Source of the DNA: Salinispira sp.
Lineage (GTDB): Bacteria > Spirochaetota > Spirochaetia > DSM-27196 > Salinispiraceae
Length of the DNA: 64,000 nt
NCBI GenBank assembly: GCA_965602015.1
Contig: OZ271918.1
Location: 2,016,001 to 2,080,000 of the forward strand
Direction of reading: 5' to 3'
This document shows positions 60,019 through 64,000 of this stretch, piece after piece (the first letter of the stretch is position 1; each line of letters opens with the position of its first letter). Below the pieces are notes generated by a model that saw only the letters and a program-made list of their open reading frames with translations, had not been told where the DNA came from and did not search any database. The position numbers and the translations under genes were made by a program.

Positions 60019-61488
60019 ATGAAGATTCTGATGGTCAGCAGCGAGGTCCATCCCTACGCGAAGGTCGGCGGGCTCGCCGATGTGATTCCCCATCTCAGCA
60101 CCGAATTGGCCCGTATGGGTCACGATGTCAAAATCCTCATGCCGCGTTACTACAAAATCGAGCGGGTGCTGCTGGACCGTCATCCGGCGCCTTTAAAAAT
60201 TTCTCTCGGGGAGCGGGAGATCTGGACCGCCTTGTTCAGCACTGCCATTCCCGAGAGCAACGTTGAAGTATTTTTTCTTGAACATGAGGACTTCTACGGG
60301 CGGGAGGGAATTTACGGTGATGAAAAAAACCGGGATTTCCCCGATAACCTGCTGCGCTTTGCAGCCCTGTCCATGGCTCCGTTTCCACTCTGCGGTCTAC
60401 TAAACTGGTATCCCGATATCATACACAGCCACGATTGGGCCACCGCCCTGACCCAAACCTACCTCAAAAGCCATGAAAACAGGGGTGAGTTTAACAACAC
60501 CGCCGGAGTGTTCAGCATTCACAATATCGGTTACCAGGGCCTATTTCCCGCAGATCAGCTGGGCACCCTCGGCTTTGGACAGGGGGATTTTCACCCGCTG
60601 GGACTGGAATATCACGGAAAAATCAGCACGTTGAAATCGGCTCTGGTAACTGCGGATGCGGTGAGCACGGTTTCCCCGAACTACGCCCTTGAAATACAGC
60701 AGCCTCGGCTGGGATTCGGTATGGACGGGGTACTCTCCGCCCGAGCGAACCCGGTAGAGGGAATTCTCAACGGAATGGATTACGACGCCTGGGATCCGTC
60801 CCGGGACCAGCTCATTCCCTATCCGTACGATATGCAGAGCCTTGAGAACAAAAGCCTGAATAAGAACTATGTTCAGCAGGAAGCCAATCTCGAAATTTCA
60901 ACCAGGCCGGCAATGATAGGTCTGGTATCCCGGCTGGTCAGCCAAAAAGGCTTTGCCCTGCTGTTAGGAAAGAACGGCGATAATCTGCGCAGAATATGCA
61001 GCGAGCTGGACCTCCAGATTGTCATTCTCGGCACCGGAGAAGACTGGATTGAAGAAGGCATTGTCAAGGTAGCTTCCGAAATGAAAAATCTCAGGGCCTA
61101 TATCCGCTTCAATGAAAAAATGAGCCATGTAATCCAGGCCGCCTCTGATTTTTTCCTCATGCCATCGCTTTACGAACCCTGCGGTCTGACTCAGATGTAC
61201 GCCCTGCGCTACGGCTCATTGCCGATTGTGAGCCCCACCGGCGGACTGAAGGACAGCGTCAGGGATATTTCCCAGGGATCCGGGGGAACGGGCATTCTGA
61301 TTGAGGAAGAAATGGGAGAGCAGCACCTGTTTACCGCCCTCGAACGAGCCGTGGATCTATGGCACAACCGCCAGGAGCTGTATAAGGAAGTACAGCGCAG
61401 AGCCATGGAACAGCGTTTTGACTGGGCCGGCGCCGCCGAACAGTATGAAGGATTGTATGCCCGCGCGCTGGAAACCCGGCGGGGTTAA
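60019..61488 (+). CDS. glgA: glycogen synthase
   Basis: KVGGLADV, HSHDW, SRLVSQKG, PSLYEPCGLTQ. Confidence 0.95.
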   Translation: MKILMVSSEVHPYAKVGGLADVIPHLSTELARMGHDVKILMPRYYKIERVLLDRHPAPLKISLGEREIWTALFSTAIPESNVEVFFLEHEDFYGREGIYGDEKNRDFPDNLLRFAALSMAPFPLCGLLNWYPDIIHSHDWATALTQTYLKSHENRGEFNNTAGVFSIHNIGYQGLFPADQLGTLGFGQGDFHPLGLEYHGKISTLKSALVTADAVSTVSPNYALEIQQPRLGFGMDGVLSARANPVEGILNGMDYDAWDPSRDQLIPYPYDMQSLENKSLNKNYVQQEANLEISTRPAMIGLVSRLVSQKGFALLLGKNGDNLRRICSELDLQIVILGTGEDWIEEGIVKVASEMKNLRAYIRFNEKMSHVIQAASDFFLMPSLYEPCGLTQMYALRYGSLPIVSPTGGLKDSVRDISQGSGGTGILIEEEMGEQHLFTALERAVDLWHNRQELYKEVQRRAMEQRFDWAGAAEQYEGLYARALETRRG

Positions 61489-61536
61489 AAGTCTTCGATA
61501 TTAAAACCCGCCGGGGTTAAACCCGCGCTGGGATTA

Positions 61537-62805
61537 TTACCCACTTTTTGCAATTTTTTTGAGCACCCGTTCCTTTCGCCTCTGCAAATCTTCGATGAGC
61601 GATGGCTGCATCGTTTTTAAGGTCGGCTCGTGGCCGCTGAGATACTCTTCTATTAACTCGGCGCACTGCTGATAATCCCTCACTCGGTGCTCCAGATGCA
61701 CGAGCATGGCTTCGAGCCCCCTGAAATCCCCGAATTCCCGGTAGAGCCGCGACCAGATTTGATGAGCGCCTTCATAGGACCGATGCCGGCGCAGAAGAAC
61801 CGCCAGAAGATAAAAATCCGCGGCTTCCCGGGACTGCGACTGCAGCAGGTCAATTGCGCTTTGCTCATCGAGGCTCACGAGCAGTTGCCGGGCGAGCCCC
61901 CTCACCGACGGTGCGGGCATGGCTTCACCGGAGGGGAGTCCTGGCAGCCCCGAGAGGATTTTGTGAAGATGAATCTGGAAAACCGCCAGGGAGCCGATGT
62001 CGCTTGCGTGGTGCTCCAGTACAGGGATCATCGCAGGATCGGCATCGGGCGGCTGTTCTGCCATGGCGCGTTGAAACTCGAAATACCGGTCGGGAATTTC
62101 GCTTCCGGGAATATCGATATCCCGGCTAATTCCAAGTATGTGCCGCTCAATACTGCCCAAGCGGCAGTTTTCCAGGGATGTGGAATAAAGCCGTCGGGCG
62201 GGATACAGCAAATCGAGCTGAACGTTTTCCAAGGGCTGCATGCCATTCATGAGAAGCCGGGTGGTAAATAGCGGGTTGTCGAAGCTCCGGCCGTTGTAAC
62301 TGACCATTATGGGAGCGGGCCGATCGCCGGGAGAAATTTCATCCAGAATTGCCCGAAGGAAGAGGGGTTCCCCGGGAAAGTCTCCGAGAAACCATTGAAT
62401 GATTTCGAAATCACCCTGCCCGACAAATCGTCCGATTCCAAACAGAAAGACCAGGGTGCCGGCGCCGCTGGAAAGACCGGTGGTTTCGCTGTCAAAATAG
62501 AGCATCTGGTCCCATGACGGCTGCTCCCCGTAAGGAAATTGCCCGGAGGCAAAGAACCTCGTACTGGGAGGAGCCTGCGGCGCTTCGATGTGGATAATCC
62601 GGCGACGGCGCCACACGTACTCAGCCATCAATTCCCACGCGCAGGACTCTTCGTCGGTCTGCGGGTCGACGGATGACGGGATTGGCGCAGGAGGTGAAGA
62701 CTGCTCCGAGGCAGGAACCGGAGGAACCGCAGGTGCAGCAGGTGCCTGAGACAGCGGGCTGCTTCGGGAAGCTTTTATTCGTTTGAGCCGTTCGTAGAGA
62801 TCCAT
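61537..62805 (-). CDS. YprB/MrfB-like RNase H-fold exonuclease with C-terminal TPR-like region
   Basis: YFDSETTGLSSGAG, SYNGRSFD, LDLLYPARR, DIPGSEIP, LEHRVRDY. Confidence 0.87.
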   Translation of the reverse strand: MDLYERLKRIKASRSSPLSQAPAAPAVPPVPASEQSSPPAPIPSSVDPQTDEESCAWELMAEYVWRRRRIIHIEAPQAPPSTRFFASGQFPYGEQPSWDQMLYFDSETTGLSSGAGTLVFLFGIGRFVGQGDFEIIQWFLGDFPGEPLFLRAILDEISPGDRPAPIMVSYNGRSFDNPLFTTRLLMNGMQPLENVQLDLLYPARRLYSTSLENCRLGSIERHILGISRDIDIPGSEIPDRYFEFQRAMAEQPPDADPAMIPVLEHHASDIGSLAVFQIHLHKILSGLPGLPSGEAMPAPSVRGLARQLLVSLDEQSAIDLLQSQSREAADFYLLAVLLRRHRSYEGAHQIWSRLYREFGDFRGLEAMLVHLEHRVRDYQQCAELIEEYLSGHEPTLKTMQPSLIEDLQRRKERVLKKIAKSG

Positions 62806-64000
62806 TGCCTCAGGAATTCCATTATCAGCGGTTTGGGGTTGGTGGTGATTTCCTCATCGGGCAGCCTGGGCCCGATACACGATGGACAGCCTTCCTCGCA
62901 TTCACAGCGGCTGACAAGCTCGAGGGAGGCCTGGAGAATTTCAGACAGCCGGCTCATGATGCTCCGGCTCACTCCCGATCCTCCGGGATAGCGGTCGAAA
63001 AGGTAGATTGCCGCCGCGCCGAAATGCGGATCCCGGATGCGTTCGGAGATTCCCAGGTCGTTGCGATCGCAGAGCAGGAAGGCCGGGGCAGTTTCGCGTA
63101 TGAGGCTCCCAATCCGGCTTATTACTGCAGTCTGCTGCGGACTATCCAGTCCAGAGAGCATGGTTCCGGGACCTGAATCGGGCGAGAAGATGAGAATGCA
63201 GCTCTGGGTGTGCATCTCCTCTTCCGGAAGGTTTACTTCGCCGAAGCCGATGTTTTCGTGGGTATTAAATCTGAGTTTTTTGAATTTGGACACCTGAGTG
63301 CGAACCAAAACATCGCCAAGGACGATGCGCAAACCGGCTTCCACATGCTCTTCATCCTCGAGGAGAACCTTGATATCCCGCTTGGTAACCGCGTCGGTAT
63401 AGAAATTCGTCTCCTTTTCTTCGACATAGCAGCGCCGCTCTTCCAGATTCAGCTCATGTACCAGGTACTGCCGACCGCGGTGCATATACACCGCCAGGGG
63501 GTAAATGAGCTCTTTGGCGCTGGGACGGTCCATCTCGCCGATGACCTGATTTCTGCCCTTGGTGATGTCGATGATCACCACGTTGTCCGCAGTTGCCGAG
63601 CGCAGACTGATGCCCTCTGCGGGGTACCCCCGGTCAGACCAGTAATATCGCCCCCCGGAAAGCCGAACGGTGCCGTCCTCTTCCATGATTTGGAGATAGT
63701 CCCGGGCATCGGGAAAATCCTCATCGCCCTCGGCGGAAAACGGAATCTCGAAGGCCGAGCACTTGACATGATCGAGGCGGACGAAAAAGTTTTGCGGATT
63801 GACATATCCCGATTCGGCGCCCCGCCCCATGAAGTAGGTCTGATGCCGGACCATGTATTGATCCAGCGGCGCCGCCGAGGCCACCAGCACCGCCAGGCTC
63901 GCGGCGCTGGTCCGCCCCGCCCGGCCCGCCTGCTGCCATACCGAGGAGATGGAACCGGGAAACCCCGCAAGAACCGCCGCATCCAGGCCGCCGATGTCAA
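62775..64000 (-). CDS. YprA/MrfA-like DEAD/DEAH helicase with DUF1998, C-terminal part
   Basis: WQQAGRAGR motif VI near the window edge; FDRYPGGSG and CECEEGCPSC DUF1998 Cys cluster; overlaps the yprB-like gene. Confidence 0.9.
   Translation of the reverse strand, partial: DIGGLDAAVLAGFPGSISSVWQQAGRAGRTSAASLAVLVASAAPLDQYMVRHQTYFMGRGAESGYVNPQNFFVRLDHVKCSAFEIPFSAEGDEDFPDARDYLQIMEEDGTVRLSGGRYYWSDRGYPAEGISLRSATADNVVIIDITKGRNQVIGEMDRPSAKELIYPLAVYMHRGRQYLVHELNLEERRCYVEEKETNFYTDAVTKRDIKVLLEDEEHVEAGLRIVLGDVLVRTQVSKFKKLRFNTHENIGFGEVNLPEEEMHTQSCILIFSPDSGPGTMLSGLDSPQQTAVISRIGSLIRETAPAFLLCDRNDLGISERIRDPHFGAAAIYLFDRYPGGSGVSRSIMSRLSEILQASLELVSRCECEEGCPSCIGPRLPDEEITTNPKPLIMEFLRQWISTNGSNE

Overview
This is a 64-kb window of core chromosome from a free-living spirochete (Spirochaetaceae-like). 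The assignment rests on FlaA sheath proteins, two FlaB flagellins, a TPAT transporter, FliW/CsrA and many lipoproteins. It holds about 65 CDS: amino-acid metabolism (ilvD, metH, metX-metW), translation (prfC, infC-rpmI-rplT, tsaE-tsaB), DNA repair (Rep/UvrD helicase, MrfAB-like pair), zapB/zapA, two PilZ proteins, glgA and a large periplasmic-flagella locus. Read directly from the sequence but absent from the ORF track are a 52-aa rubredoxin after metH, a partial 2-hydroxyacid dehydrogenase and tRNA-Leu(TAA). The most unusual element is an array of about 3.5 copies of a 177-bp unit downstream of tRNA-Leu. Each unit re-creates the tRNA 3' 17 nt plus its terminator and carries an inverted copy of the T-arm. 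Other non-coding signals are an antisense sigma28-like promoter facing a structured gene-free region between the flagellins (candidate sRNA), a ~335-nt structured flaB leader, CsrA-type GGA hairpins at both flaB genes and flaG, a 218-nt multi-hairpin rpmI-rplT spacer, a SahR-like operator at metH and several apparently leaderless genes. No CRISPR array, integrase, transposase or prophage was seen. All calls come from reading motifs by eye; no database searches or folding programs were run.
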